Under the pieces are notes generated by a model. That model had not been told where the DNA came from and searched no databases. It saw only the letters and a list, made by a program, of their open reading frames with translations. This document shows positions 46,838-56,691 of a DNA stretch of 64,000 nt, piece after piece; positions within the stretch are counted from its first letter, which is position 1; the number at the start of each line of letters is the position of its first letter. Origin of the DNA: Verrucomicrobiota bacterium (GTDB lineage: Bacteria > Verrucomicrobiota > Verrucomicrobiia > Limisphaerales > AAA164-E04); NCBI GenBank assembly GCA_047947115.1, contig CP170459.1:5183641-5247640 (forward strand). Direction: 5' to 3'. The translations under genes were made by a program, and so were the position numbers.

Positions 46838-49636
46838 TCACTCCACATAAATAAATTCATTCAACCCCATGATAATCTGCGCAAAATCCGTCAATGCCAG
46901 ACGCTCTGCATTGGCTTGCCCGTCGGCGCGATAACGTTCGGTCTGACCGGCAATGAAAGCGGCGCTTTCGGCCAGCTCGAGACCAGAAGGTTCCCGGTTC
47001 AAACCCATGCCATAGGCGCGTTGCACCGATTCATAAACCGATTGTCGCTGATCCGGAGCAAACCGTTCGGAAAAAGCCCTTGCCCAATCGCGGATATGTG
47101 GTCCGTTCATCAGCAACAACGCCTGCGGGGCCACGGTCGTGGTAGGGCGTGTTCCCTGACTGACCAGTGGTTCCGGCGCATCGTAAGCCTGCATCGAATT
47201 GATCACTTTGCTGCGCTTGACGGTCAGGTAAATGCTGCGCCGATGATCCGCCGCATCCAACACACCGGGACCATACATACGATCATCCAACACACCGGAA
47301 ACAACCAACAACGCATCCCTTATGGCTTCCGCCTCCAAACGCCGTTGCCGGGGATAAAACGATCCGGGAACGGACTTCTTCTGATCCGATTCCCCCTGCC
47401 CTACTTTGGGTTGTCCGGACATCTGCTGCCAAGTGCGGCTGGACATGATCAACTGATGAATGGGTTTCAGTCTCCACCCCTCATGAATCAGTCGATGCGC
47501 CAGCCAATCCAGCAAAGCCGGATGCTCGGGCGGCTCTCCCAACACTCCGAAATCATTGGGAGTCCTGACCAATCCCTGACCAAAGTGATGTTGCCAGATC
47601 CGATTCACCATCACGCGCGCCAACAAAGGTCCCGCGCCTTGATCAACATCGGTCAACCATTCCGCCAAACTGCGGCGTCGACCGGAATACTTCGCTCCCT
47701 CCGGAACATCGAACCTCCAATAGTCTTCTACATCAGGCTGTCGATAAAGAGCTCGCAGGAATCCTTGGGAAACCTCTTCGCCTTTGGAATCAGTGCTCCC
47801 GCGTTTAAGGAAAAAAGTCTTCTCAAAAAAGTCCGATCCCTGTGTGTGCATGCGCACAGCTGGATATCCTTCTGCACAAATCAGCACCTTGGTGAGTTCC
47901 GGGGATGGTTTGGTTTCGGCATGCTTTGTCACTGCGGCGTTAAGTTTGTTCCACTGAGGATCGGAATGCTTCCACCAGTGCATCAATGCATGTTGTTCCT
48001 TTTCAGAAAGGTCATAGCGCCGATCACCCGAACCGGCCAACTTCGCAAAGATTGTCGCAATCTCGGCAGGCAGGGTCTCATCGTCAAATCCAGCGCCTTC
48101 CACCGTGCTCACCGATAAACGTGGGCGCCCGATGTTGTGTTGGGTGTTCAAGTTGAACTCAAGCAGAATCTTCAGTCTTTCGCCCTCTTGCAATGTGAGC
48201 GGTTCAGCAAAATCAAACACCGCCGCATGGTCTTTGCCAAACTGAGGATCCACAGCCCATCCGGTCTTGGGATCCTTGTCCAGTGAGGCGGTGATGGAAA
48301 GGTTACCATTGTTTTGTTCAAACGTTGCACGCGGATTCTGCAGTGTTATTTCACGGTCCTGTTTCGAATCTTTTGCAACGACAAACACTCGAATACGGCT
48401 TAACCCAATGTTTCCATTGCCCGCCCTGCCCGGCCCGCCTTTGCTCATGCTGTCGTGCGCCAGAGCTTCCAGCCGCAGGGAACGCAACCCGGTTGCTTGT
48501 AAGGATGCCTCAAAGGTATAGACATCCGAATCCCCGTTTTTGCCCTCCACCAAATAGGATCCATCTTCCAGTCGATTAAAGGCAGCCCCGGCGTTGGATT
48601 GCACAAATGATGGCTCCAACATCTGCCAACCGACAAGTTCAGGCCGAGGAGCGCCACCCTTTAACCAGGCATCAAAATTTCCTGGCAACTCTGTCTCCTC
48701 ATATGCCTTTCGAGCGGAGACCAGTGGAGCCTGTTCGCTGTTGTAAACCTCCAGTGCCTGCTGATGCTTCCCGGGTTCAAGATCCAATTCCACCTCGCTG
48801 CGAACCGTGGTGGTGAACGTGGACAACATTCGATAATAATCTTCCGAAGGAATGGGGTCGGTTTTGTGGTCGTGACATCGCGCACACCCCACGGTAAGAC
48901 CCAGAAATGCTGCGCCCGTGGTGGAAAGCATGTCGTCCATTGCGTCGTAACGAACGCGTTCCACTTCGTTGGCAGTGATCTGGGTCGGAAACACCCCGGC
49001 CCCCAGAAACCCCGTGGCCATCAGAGCGAGCGGGTTGTCCGGTTCGTATTCATCACCTGCCAACTGCCAGCGAACAAATTGATGATAAGGCATGTCCGCA
49101 TTCAGGGCCTTGATCACAAAATCACGATAATGATAGGCGCTGGGGCGGTCATAATCATGTTCAAAACCGGAACTCTCGGCGAATCGCGCCACATCCAGCC
49201 AATGCCTTCCCCAGCGTTCTCCATACCTGGGGCTGTCGAGCAGGGTTTCCACCACTTTTTCCCAAGCGTTTTGAGAAGAGTCCTGCTCAAAGGCGGTCAC
49301 TTGCCCGGGTGTTGGCGGCATTCCGGTGAGGATGAAAAACGCCCGACGTATCAGCGTTCGCCGGTCTGCTCTTGGATTCGGTGACAGGCCCCGCTCCTGC
49401 ATCGTGTCAAGAATCCACCGGTCAATTTCGTTCCGGACCCAGCCCTCGCTGCCCGGCACCGCAGGAACTTGAGCATCACTTAAAGGCTGAAACGCCCACC
49501 AGGTTTCGAGCTGCCGGGGCTGCAAATGATCTGTCGGATCAGCCAAACAAGTCACGCCTGCGACCAAGCAAGCGACAACCAATACCGCCAGCCTTCGAAA
49601 CAAACACCGGTGGCTTTGCTTCAAGCAACACTTCAT
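46838..49636 (-). CDS. DUF1549 + DUF1553 (PSD1-type) protein with central beta-sandwich-like insert
   Basis: 932 aa with a signal peptide. The DUF1549 motif is CARCHDHKTDPI. The central module ends in HNIGRPRLSVST. The DUF1553 C-terminal region follows. ATGA overlap with the upstream DUF1501 gene (49633-49636). Confidence 0.85.
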   Translation of the reverse strand: MKCCLKQSHRCLFRRLAVLVVACLVAGVTCLADPTDHLQPRQLETWWAFQPLSDAQVPAVPGSEGWVRNEIDRWILDTMQERGLSPNPRADRRTLIRRAFFILTGMPPTPGQVTAFEQDSSQNAWEKVVETLLDSPRYGERWGRHWLDVARFAESSGFEHDYDRPSAYHYRDFVIKALNADMPYHQFVRWQLAGDEYEPDNPLALMATGFLGAGVFPTQITANEVERVRYDAMDDMLSTTGAAFLGLTVGCARCHDHKTDPIPSEDYYRMLSTFTTTVRSEVELDLEPGKHQQALEVYNSEQAPLVSARKAYEETELPGNFDAWLKGGAPRPELVGWQMLEPSFVQSNAGAAFNRLEDGSYLVEGKNGDSDVYTFEASLQATGLRSLRLEALAHDSMSKGGPGRAGNGNIGLSRIRVFVVAKDSKQDREITLQNPRATFEQNNGNLSITASLDKDPKTGWAVDPQFGKDHAAVFDFAEPLTLQEGERLKILLEFNLNTQHNIGRPRLSVSTVEGAGFDDETLPAEIATIFAKLAGSGDRRYDLSEKEQHALMHWWKHSDPQWNKLNAAVTKHAETKPSPELTKVLICAEGYPAVRMHTQGSDFFEKTFFLKRGSTDSKGEEVSQGFLRALYRQPDVEDYWRFDVPEGAKYSGRRRSLAEWLTDVDQGAGPLLARVMVNRIWQHHFGQGLVRTPNDFGVLGEPPEHPALLDWLAHRLIHEGWRLKPIHQLIMSSRTWQQMSGQPKVGQGESDQKKSVPGSFYPRQRRLEAEAIRDALLVVSGVLDDRMYGPGVLDAADHRRSIYLTVKRSKVINSMQAYDAPEPLVSQGTRPTTTVAPQALLLMNGPHIRDWARAFSERFAPDQRQSVYESVQRAYGMGLNREPSGLELAESAAFIAGQTERYRADGQANAERLALTDFAQIIMGLNEFIYVE

Positions 49637-51081
49637 GCGATGATCCTCCCGATAACCTGCCCAAACACATCCGTAAGCCGGAAGTCTCGCCCATGGTGCG
49701 GGTAGGTTAGTTTTTCATGATCGATCCCCATTAAATGCAGCATGGTGGCATGCAGATCATGCAGGTGCACTTTCCCTTGAACGGGCTTGTAGCCGAAATC
49801 ATCCGTCTCACCATAAACACAGCCGCCTCTGACACCGCCTCCCGCTAACAGCGTACAGAAACTTTCCTGCTGATGTTCTCTTCCATGTTTTTCAATGGGA
49901 CTGGTTCCACTCAGATCCTGGCTCCAGTAAGTTCTCCCAAATTCACCCGAGATCAGCACGAGGGTTTCATCCAACAAACCACGCTGTTTGAGATCGCGAA
50001 TCAAACCTGCAATGGGTTTATCCGCTTTGGAACAGGAATTCGGCAATGCATGCAAAATATCCCCGTGATGATCCCAGCCATCCATCGTGACCTGCACACA
50101 TCGCACACCCGATTCACTGAGGCGGCGAGCCAGCAAACAGGCGCGTCCATTGGTGTCACTGGCTCCTTCGTCGACCCCATACATGGCGAGTGTTGATTTG
50201 GATTCTCCCGAAAGATCCACCAGGTCCGGGGTCTCGGTCTGCATGCGAAACGCCAGCTCAAATGAACTGATAATACCTTCCATCTGAGCATCACCACCCA
50301 CGTGATCCAACAACCGTTGATTGGACCGTTGCAGAAAATCGAGACGCCGGCGTTGAGTGTCCGCAGTGGCATTCGGATCGGTCAGGTTTTCGATGGCCAG
50401 TTCCTTCTCGTTTCGCGGCACGCGCAACGGGGTTCCCTGATGCCTGGCGGGAAGAAACCCGGCACCATAGGTTCTGGGATCGCCGGGAGGATGAATCGTC
50501 ACAAACCCGGGAAGATCGGCGTTCTCAGTGCCGAGTCCATAGCTCATCCAGGATCCCATGGACGGACGGGCTTCGGCGATATGGCCGGTATGAAACTGAA
50601 GCGCCGCAGGAAAGTGCGCCTTGTTGTCGGCAACCATCGCCCGCAACATGCAGAAATCATCCGCCACCTCCGCCATATGCGGCAACAGGTCGGATATCAT
50701 CATTCCGGATTGACCTCTTGGACGAACCGGCTTGATCGGAGCCATCGGCAGGAACTGAGCCACTCCCACACGCAGTTGACCGTCGTCTCCTACCGGAGAA
50801 TCGATAGCCGTCCCGTGCTTGCGGGTGATGTATTCCTTGGGAGCAAACAAATCCCCCTGCGAAGGACCACCCGCGAGAAACACGAAAATCACGCGCCTGG
50901 CTCTTGCTGGCAGGTGAAGACCACTCTGTCCGATCGACCCGACCGAAGCCGCTCGCGCCCCCAGCATCCCATTCAAAGCAAGTCCTCCGAAACCACAGGC
51001 CGCCGATTGCAGAAACTGCCGACGGTTGGTCCGCAAACCGTGACCATCACCATGACCGAACATCTGATTCAAAATCTTCAT
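49633..51081 (-). CDS. DUF1501 protein (Tat signal), copy 2
   Basis: 482 aa with TNRRQFLQSAACGFGGLAL (a twin-arginine S/T-R-R-x-F-L type leader). Paralogous to 45400..46830. ATGA overlaps on both sides. Confidence 0.87.
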   Translation of the reverse strand: MKILNQMFGHGDGHGLRTNRRQFLQSAACGFGGLALNGMLGARAASVGSIGQSGLHLPARARRVIFVFLAGGPSQGDLFAPKEYITRKHGTAIDSPVGDDGQLRVGVAQFLPMAPIKPVRPRGQSGMMISDLLPHMAEVADDFCMLRAMVADNKAHFPAALQFHTGHIAEARPSMGSWMSYGLGTENADLPGFVTIHPPGDPRTYGAGFLPARHQGTPLRVPRNEKELAIENLTDPNATADTQRRRLDFLQRSNQRLLDHVGGDAQMEGIISSFELAFRMQTETPDLVDLSGESKSTLAMYGVDEGASDTNGRACLLARRLSESGVRCVQVTMDGWDHHGDILHALPNSCSKADKPIAGLIRDLKQRGLLDETLVLISGEFGRTYWSQDLSGTSPIEKHGREHQQESFCTLLAGGGVRGGCVYGETDDFGYKPVQGKVHLHDLHATMLHLMGIDHEKLTYPHHGRDFRLTDVFGQVIGRIIA

Positions 51082-53282
51082 AAACGCATCAAAAATTCAT
51101 TTGCAGCCAACATTGCCCGACATAGCTCTTCCCAGTCGGAGCTTTCACCCTTTCCCAAGAACCATTCGGCTTCCTTTGTTTCCTCGGAGGTGATCGGACG
51201 ATTCAACAAAACCAGATATAAATATGACAAACGATCCCTGATCGTCCCTGGTTCCCCAAGCATCCGTTCGGCGAGAGCTTTGGCGTGTTGCTTGACAACC
51301 GGGCTGTTCATCAAAAACAAAGCCTGGGTGGGAACGGTGGTGACCGTCCGTTGACCTGTGAATTGAGACGGTTGGGGAAAATCAAAAACATTTCGCAACG
51401 CAGCCGGTCCGGGTTGTCCGGTATGTCGGATCACGGGAAGATAGATGGTGCGTTCGTGTTGCTGTTCCGGACGCCATTTTGAAAAACGAAAGCTTGGTGG
51501 ATTGACATCCGCGGGATTCAGTCCCCCGACGTTTTCCACGAACTCCAGAGGCAAGGCAGGCCCGCCACCGGATGGCTTGAGCATGCCGGAAACATAAATC
51601 ATCGCATCACGTAAAGCTTCTGCGTCCAGGCGCGTTCGATGCATCCGCCACAGCATTCGATTCTCAGGATCAATCGCTTCTTGTCGCTCGGAACCTTGGC
51701 TGGAGAGCCGGTAGGTCCTCGTCAACACCAGACCGCGAATCAACTTTTTGACGGACCAATCCTGCTCTCGCAACTGCAATGCAAGGAAATCCAGCAGCTC
51801 CGGATGCGAAGGCTGATCGCCCGGCAAGCCGAAATAATCCACCGACCGGACCAATCCTTCTCCGAAAAGTTTTTGCCAGACTCGATTCACGATCACGCGC
51901 GCGGTGAGCGGATTCGACACCACCCAATCTGCCAGTTCCCGTCGACCACTTTGAGAAGCCGGTATGTCAGGAGTGTCACCGGATTGACAAACCTGAAGAA
52001 AACCTCGTTCAACCAGGTCACCCAAGGCACGTGGATTGCCCCGTATGGTGATCCGCATATCCGTGGGCGTATCGACATCGTGCACCCCATGTGCTTTGGG
52101 AACGTCCGGATAGAAAAATTCCGCGTGTTCGATCAATTGATTGAGACGCCCGATCCGACGCGCCCGTTCGTCGCGCTCCTGCGTCCACTTTTGTTGTTCC
52201 GCTTCAGACGGAGTCCCACCTTTAAGCAGATCTTCCAGCTGAGCCCGACGCACCTGGGCCTCTTGCCGTTCATTGCGCCAGTCGTTCAGTTGGCGTTCAT
52301 GAGTCCTTGTCTGCAGTTCCCTCTGTGTTTTTTGTTCCTCGGTTTCAGGCAATTCCACCAGATTCACATCACTCCACACACCGCGATTGGTTTTGTAAAT
52401 GGATGATGTGTTGTGAAAGAACCCGGCCATGGCATAGTAGTCACGCAAGGAAATGGGATCAAATTTGTGCGCATGGCACCGTGCACATTCGAGCGTCATC
52501 GCCAGGAACGTCTTACCAACTTTGTTCAGTTGCTGATCCACAATATCCACCCTCAGCTTGGCTTTGTCGGCCTCCACGATCTCCACGTCACCCAACACCA
52601 GAAAACCGGTAGCGGTCAGCGCGGCAGCTTGTCCCTCCACACTCTCGGCTTCCAATAGATCACCCGCGATCTGTTCGCGCACAAAGTGATCGAAAGGCTT
52701 GTCCTCATTCAAAGCATCGATGACATAATCACGGTAACGCCATGCATGCTGGGCAAAGACGTTGTTGGAGGTACCGATCTGATCAGCATATCCCACCAGA
52801 TCCAGCCAATGCCGAGCCCAACGTTCCCCGAAAGCCCGTGAAGCAAGCAACCGATCCACGACGGCTTCCCTGGCTTCGGGCGTGTTTTGGTTCACGAAGG
52901 ATTCGATCGCTTCCACTGATGGAGGCAGTCCCGTCAAATCAAAATGAACACGACGCAACCATGTATAAGGATCCGCATCGGCTACCGGCGACAAGTCGGC
53001 TTCTTCCATACCTGCCAACAGGTAAGAGTCCACTTCATTCTGCGGCCATGCTTTATTGTGAACAGGTGGAACATTGGAAGCACGAAGCGGTTGAAAAGCC
53101 CAATGATCACTGCCTGACAAGGAGATGGAACCAGGATTTGCTGTTTCAGCTCCAATTGAACCCGACAAGCCACAGATCCATATGGAAAGGGCAACCAACA
53201 GCCCTCCAATAAAATGAGAAACACCTGGACTTCGATAGAGAAGCCTTCGACGATCGGCCGGTCTGGATTTTTGTTCCTTCAT
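51078..53282 (-). CDS. DUF1549 + DUF1553 protein with central coiled-coil insert
   Basis: ORF 51078..53429. The start is placed at MKEQKSRPADRRRLLYRSPGVSHFIGGLLVALSIWICG (ATG 53280-53282) because the longer version runs into repeat copy C. The DUF1549 motif is CARCHAHKFDPI. The central segment is Glu/Arg/Gln-rich and helical. Confidence 0.82.
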   Translation of the reverse strand: MKEQKSRPADRRRLLYRSPGVSHFIGGLLVALSIWICGLSGSIGAETANPGSISLSGSDHWAFQPLRASNVPPVHNKAWPQNEVDSYLLAGMEEADLSPVADADPYTWLRRVHFDLTGLPPSVEAIESFVNQNTPEAREAVVDRLLASRAFGERWARHWLDLVGYADQIGTSNNVFAQHAWRYRDYVIDALNEDKPFDHFVREQIAGDLLEAESVEGQAAALTATGFLVLGDVEIVEADKAKLRVDIVDQQLNKVGKTFLAMTLECARCHAHKFDPISLRDYYAMAGFFHNTSSIYKTNRGVWSDVNLVELPETEEQKTQRELQTRTHERQLNDWRNERQEAQVRRAQLEDLLKGGTPSEAEQQKWTQERDERARRIGRLNQLIEHAEFFYPDVPKAHGVHDVDTPTDMRITIRGNPRALGDLVERGFLQVCQSGDTPDIPASQSGRRELADWVVSNPLTARVIVNRVWQKLFGEGLVRSVDYFGLPGDQPSHPELLDFLALQLREQDWSVKKLIRGLVLTRTYRLSSQGSERQEAIDPENRMLWRMHRTRLDAEALRDAMIYVSGMLKPSGGGPALPLEFVENVGGLNPADVNPPSFRFSKWRPEQQHERTIYLPVIRHTGQPGPAALRNVFDFPQPSQFTGQRTVTTVPTQALFLMNSPVVKQHAKALAERMLGEPGTIRDRLSYLYLVLLNRPITSEETKEAEWFLGKGESSDWEELCRAMLAANEFLMRL

Positions 53283-53384
53283 GACGGATACGACACCCGG
53301 AGGGTCGAGAGTTCTTGGGTAATGTGGGAAGGATATTATGAGGAAACATTGATGAAGTGAAGGGAATTCCGCGCAATTCGCCCC

Positions 53385-53594
53385 GGGTAGTTGCGTGGCC
53401 GTCCCTGGCGCACCCCTCTTGGCATTCAAACCACCTGCACCTCACCTTTTGGGAAGCCTGCGATCTCCAATGGTTTTAATTCCACACAATCACACACGAT
53501 AGGGATGGGCGTTCCCCTACGTCAGGATTGCCATTCGTAAGGTTGTTGAAAACAGGTAAGCCACAAGGTGCGGACCGGGACGGTCCGGTCTACC
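53385..53594 (+). repeat. intergenic element, diverged copy C (about 210 bp)
   Basis: It shares the blocks gggtag..cgtg(g)ccgtccctggcgc, tttgggaagcctg and cagg(t/c)aagcca(c/t)aaggtgcgga(c/t)cgggacg..tctacc with copies A and B. The middle is diverged. Confidence 0.7.
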
Positions 53595-53639
53595 AGGACT
53601 CGCTCCGAGGTAGTGCGTACCATTTACTCTGCTTAAGGA

Positions 53640-54977
53640 TCAAAGTCGTTCAGCCTCTTGAAGGGCCGCTTCGAGGTAATCTGCCAGATGCATCACCCTT
53701 ACCTCAACGTATCCCTGTTGTTTAAGACCGGATTCGATCTGTAGGATGCACCCCGGATTGGTGGTGACAACGATGTGAGCTTCCGTTTTTCGGATGTGGG
53801 ATACTTTTCTGCGTTGCAAACGACCCGCCATGTCCGGTTCTGTCAGGTTGTAACTCCCGGCGCTGCCGCAACAGATTTCCGATTCCGGCAACTCAACATA
53901 GTATTCTCCCGCAACAGCTTTAACCAAATCCCTTGGTTGTCGAGTGATCCCCTGGGCATGAGCAAGATGGCAGGCGTCATGGAAGGTTGTCGGGCGTCCA
54001 AACAGGCTTGCCGGTGAGGTTGTTTTTTCACCGCAAGCCAAGCGGCGCCCTTTTTCCAGCAATGCATCCAAAGCTTTCCAGCCTACTTCATCCATCCATT
54101 CGGACAAATCCCGGACCTTCCCAACAAATTGTTCGGCGGCGTCCCTCTCCCGGAAATCACCTTCAAGGAGATGGTGGTATTCTTTCAGGGTCGAACCGCA
54201 TCCCGCCGCGTTGATCAAAATGGTATCGCAATCGGCCTGGCCGAATGCTTGCAGATTCACCCGTGCAACACCTCTCGCCATATCCAATTGCCCGCTGTGC
54301 GCATAAAGCGCACCGCAACATACCTGATCCCGGGGAATGACGACGTCATAACCCAAACGATTCAGCAAACGAATGGTCGATTGATGCGTCCCACCGAATA
54401 AAACCGGCATCACACACCCACTCACCATCCCGATGCGCCCTTTGCTTGGCAGGTTTTCGGCAGGTGAGCATTCAGGCAGTTTTCGCAGTTCCAAGGAATC
54501 CGGCGCAAGATTCAATGCTTCCCTCAGGAACTGCGGAAGCAGGTGGCCGATGTCCATTCGTTTCGCCCAAACGGCGGGAATGAGAGCCAGACGAAAACGA
54601 TTGGGATAAGGAAACACTTTTTCAATCATCACACGCCGTAACAGTCGTTGAAACCAGGGACGTCGCATGGTGTGTTCCATGTGGTCGCGCGTGTGTTCCA
54701 ACAATGCACCATATTGCACCCCGCTTGGGCAGGCGGTTTCGCAGGCACGACAACCAAGACATCGATCAATATGCTCTGCCGGAGAAACGGTGGCATCCAG
54801 GGACAAACGACCCTGTTGAATCGAGCGCATCAGATAAATGCGCCCACGCGGGGAATCGTTTTCGTTGCCGGTTTCCAGATAGGTCGGACAGGACGCCAGA
54901 CACAGCCCGCAATGAACACAGGCCAAAGCCTTCTTTTCATCCAGGAACGATTCGATCTGTTCGATGGCGGCTGGCAT
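53640..54977 (-). CDS. glcF: glycolate oxidase iron-sulfur subunit GlcF-like ((Fe-S)-binding CCG-domain protein)
   Basis: 445 aa with two 4Fe-4S motifs (CVHCGLCLASCP, CLGCRACETACP) and two Cys-rich CCG domains (..CCG..). Confidence 0.8.
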   Translation of the reverse strand: MPAAIEQIESFLDEKKALACVHCGLCLASCPTYLETGNENDSPRGRIYLMRSIQQGRLSLDATVSPAEHIDRCLGCRACETACPSGVQYGALLEHTRDHMEHTMRRPWFQRLLRRVMIEKVFPYPNRFRLALIPAVWAKRMDIGHLLPQFLREALNLAPDSLELRKLPECSPAENLPSKGRIGMVSGCVMPVLFGGTHQSTIRLLNRLGYDVVIPRDQVCCGALYAHSGQLDMARGVARVNLQAFGQADCDTILINAAGCGSTLKEYHHLLEGDFRERDAAEQFVGKVRDLSEWMDEVGWKALDALLEKGRRLACGEKTTSPASLFGRPTTFHDACHLAHAQGITRQPRDLVKAVAGEYYVELPESEICCGSAGSYNLTEPDMAGRLQRRKVSHIRKTEAHIVVTTNPGCILQIESGLKQQGYVEVRVMHLADYLEAALQEAERL

Positions 54978-54984
54978 GGTCTAT

Positions 54985-55992
54985 TCAGGGTAGTGGTGGC
55001 AGAATGCCATTCGGGTCAAATGTCCGCTTCATCCGTTCTTCCAGAACGGTGACCCGATTTGTCGCGACGTTTTGGCGGGAACCAAAATAATAAGCGCTCC
55101 CCTGTCCCATGCGTACAAGAAAGGCATGCTCGTGAGGCATCCCCGCGATCCATTCCGGCAATCGGCTGGGAAGCATGGATTCCCGGGTGGCTTCCTGCCA
55201 GGACCGACCGGCCCAAAACGTTTGTTCGTGATCCAACGCCGAAGGAAGCATCGCATCGGGGCGTCTCTCATAGCTGTAATCTTCCCGCCAAGGACGCCCG
55301 GATTGCACGAGATCACCGCACCATTGATCAACCGCTTCCCGCTTGCCGGCATATCCAATGATCAGCTTTCCAAATCGTCCCTCCTCACTATCCCCCTCAG
55401 GCTCTTCTCTGAAAAAGTCAAACACCGCCGGAATCACTTCCTGATGGAGTGTGCGCAGTCCGGTCAAACAATCCCTCAAGGCCTCAAGGCTGCTCACCTC
55501 CAGGCTGAACATGCGTTCTTTTTCCGGAAGCGGAACAAGTTTGAATGTCATTGATGTGACCACCCCAAGGCTTCCTCCGGCTCCGATGAACAGTTTGCAG
55601 AGATCAAACCCGGCAACATTCTTGACGACCTGGCCGCCTGATTTGATGATTTGCCCGTCGGCGTGCACTGCTTCCAACCCAATGACATAATCCCGAAGAA
55701 CACCATTACCATTGCGACGGGGTCCGGAAGGATTTTGGTTGATTAAATGCCCAAGAGTCCAATGGTCGACATTCGGAGGATCCAAGGGAAGCCACTGACC
55801 ATTTCGCACCAGCAAGGCCTGCAGGTCGCTGAGACTCAGTCCTGCTTCGACAGTCACGGTCATGTCTTCCGGAGAATAGGAACGAACCTGATTCAACGCG
55901 CCCAGATCAAGCGAACCGACTGGCTCCCCAGAGGCGTTTGCCTTTGCCAGGTGATCCGAAAGTTCCTGAATGTTACCGGGCGACATGCTCAT
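54985..55992 (-). CDS. glcE: glycolate oxidase FAD-binding subunit GlcE-like
   Basis: 335 aa with a PCMH-type FAD-binding domain pattern (GGQVVKNVAGFDLCKLFIGAGGSLGVVT). Located directly upstream of glcF. Confidence 0.7.
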   Translation of the reverse strand: MSMSPGNIQELSDHLAKANASGEPVGSLDLGALNQVRSYSPEDMTVTVEAGLSLSDLQALLVRNGQWLPLDPPNVDHWTLGHLINQNPSGPRRNGNGVLRDYVIGLEAVHADGQIIKSGGQVVKNVAGFDLCKLFIGAGGSLGVVTSMTFKLVPLPEKERMFSLEVSSLEALRDCLTGLRTLHQEVIPAVFDFFREEPEGDSEEGRFGKLIIGYAGKREAVDQWCGDLVQSGRPWREDYSYERRPDAMLPSALDHEQTFWAGRSWQEATRESMLPSRLPEWIAGMPHEHAFLVRMGQGSAYYFGSRQNVATNRVTVLEERMKRTFDPNGILPPLP

Positions 55993-55998
55993 GAGTTA

Positions 55999-56637
55999 TT
56001 ACAAGTATTTCAGCAATATGAACCCACCGATCAAGAAGATCATAAATGCCCAGGCACAAAGGTTGAAATATTTTTCGATGAAAGCCTTGATGGATGGTCC
56101 AAAAAAGAAAAGCAAGGTAGCCACTGCAAAGAAACGCAAAGAACGCCCTACAACCGATGCCAGCATGAAGCTTGTAAAAGAAAACTCAAACGCACCGGAC
56201 GCGATGGTGAACACTTTGTAAGGGATCGGGGTCACAGCAGCCAGGAGGTTCCCCCAAAATCCATAGGTATCATACCATGTTTTGATTTTCTCCATCACCG
56301 CTTCGCCGTGATAGGCTTTCACGATGGGTTCCCCGATCATCTCAAATCCATAAAGACCGATCCCATACCCGGCAATCCCCCCCAGCAACGATCCCAAGGT
56401 GCAGATGGCCGCGAATCGATAGGCCTTGGTCACTGATCCCACACATAAGGCGATCAGGAGGACGTCCGGTGGAATGGGAAAAAACGACGACTCCGCAAAG
56501 GCGATCAGGAACAACGCCCAGGTGCCTTGAGGTTTTTCGGCCCAGGAAATGGTCCAGTCGTAGAGCCATCGCATCCATCGCATGGGGGCGAACCCTGATT
56601 TTTCACTTGCTTGTATCTCTGCTTTTTCCATGTGCAA
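55999..56637 (-). CDS. DedA/YqaA-family membrane protein
   Basis: 212 aa. FLIAFAESSFFPIPPDVLL and the GRSLRFF pattern are typical of the YqaA/DedA (SNARE-associated) family. Confidence 0.75.
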   Translation of the reverse strand: MHMEKAEIQASEKSGFAPMRWMRWLYDWTISWAEKPQGTWALFLIAFAESSFFPIPPDVLLIALCVGSVTKAYRFAAICTLGSLLGGIAGYGIGLYGFEMIGEPIVKAYHGEAVMEKIKTWYDTYGFWGNLLAAVTPIPYKVFTIASGAFEFSFTSFMLASVVGRSLRFFAVATLLFFFGPSIKAFIEKYFNLCAWAFMIFLIGGFILLKYL

Positions 56638-56691
56638 AGAAAGGAGTGGACGTCAATAATTCGACGGCGTCAAGTCTGCCCGCATGGAAGA

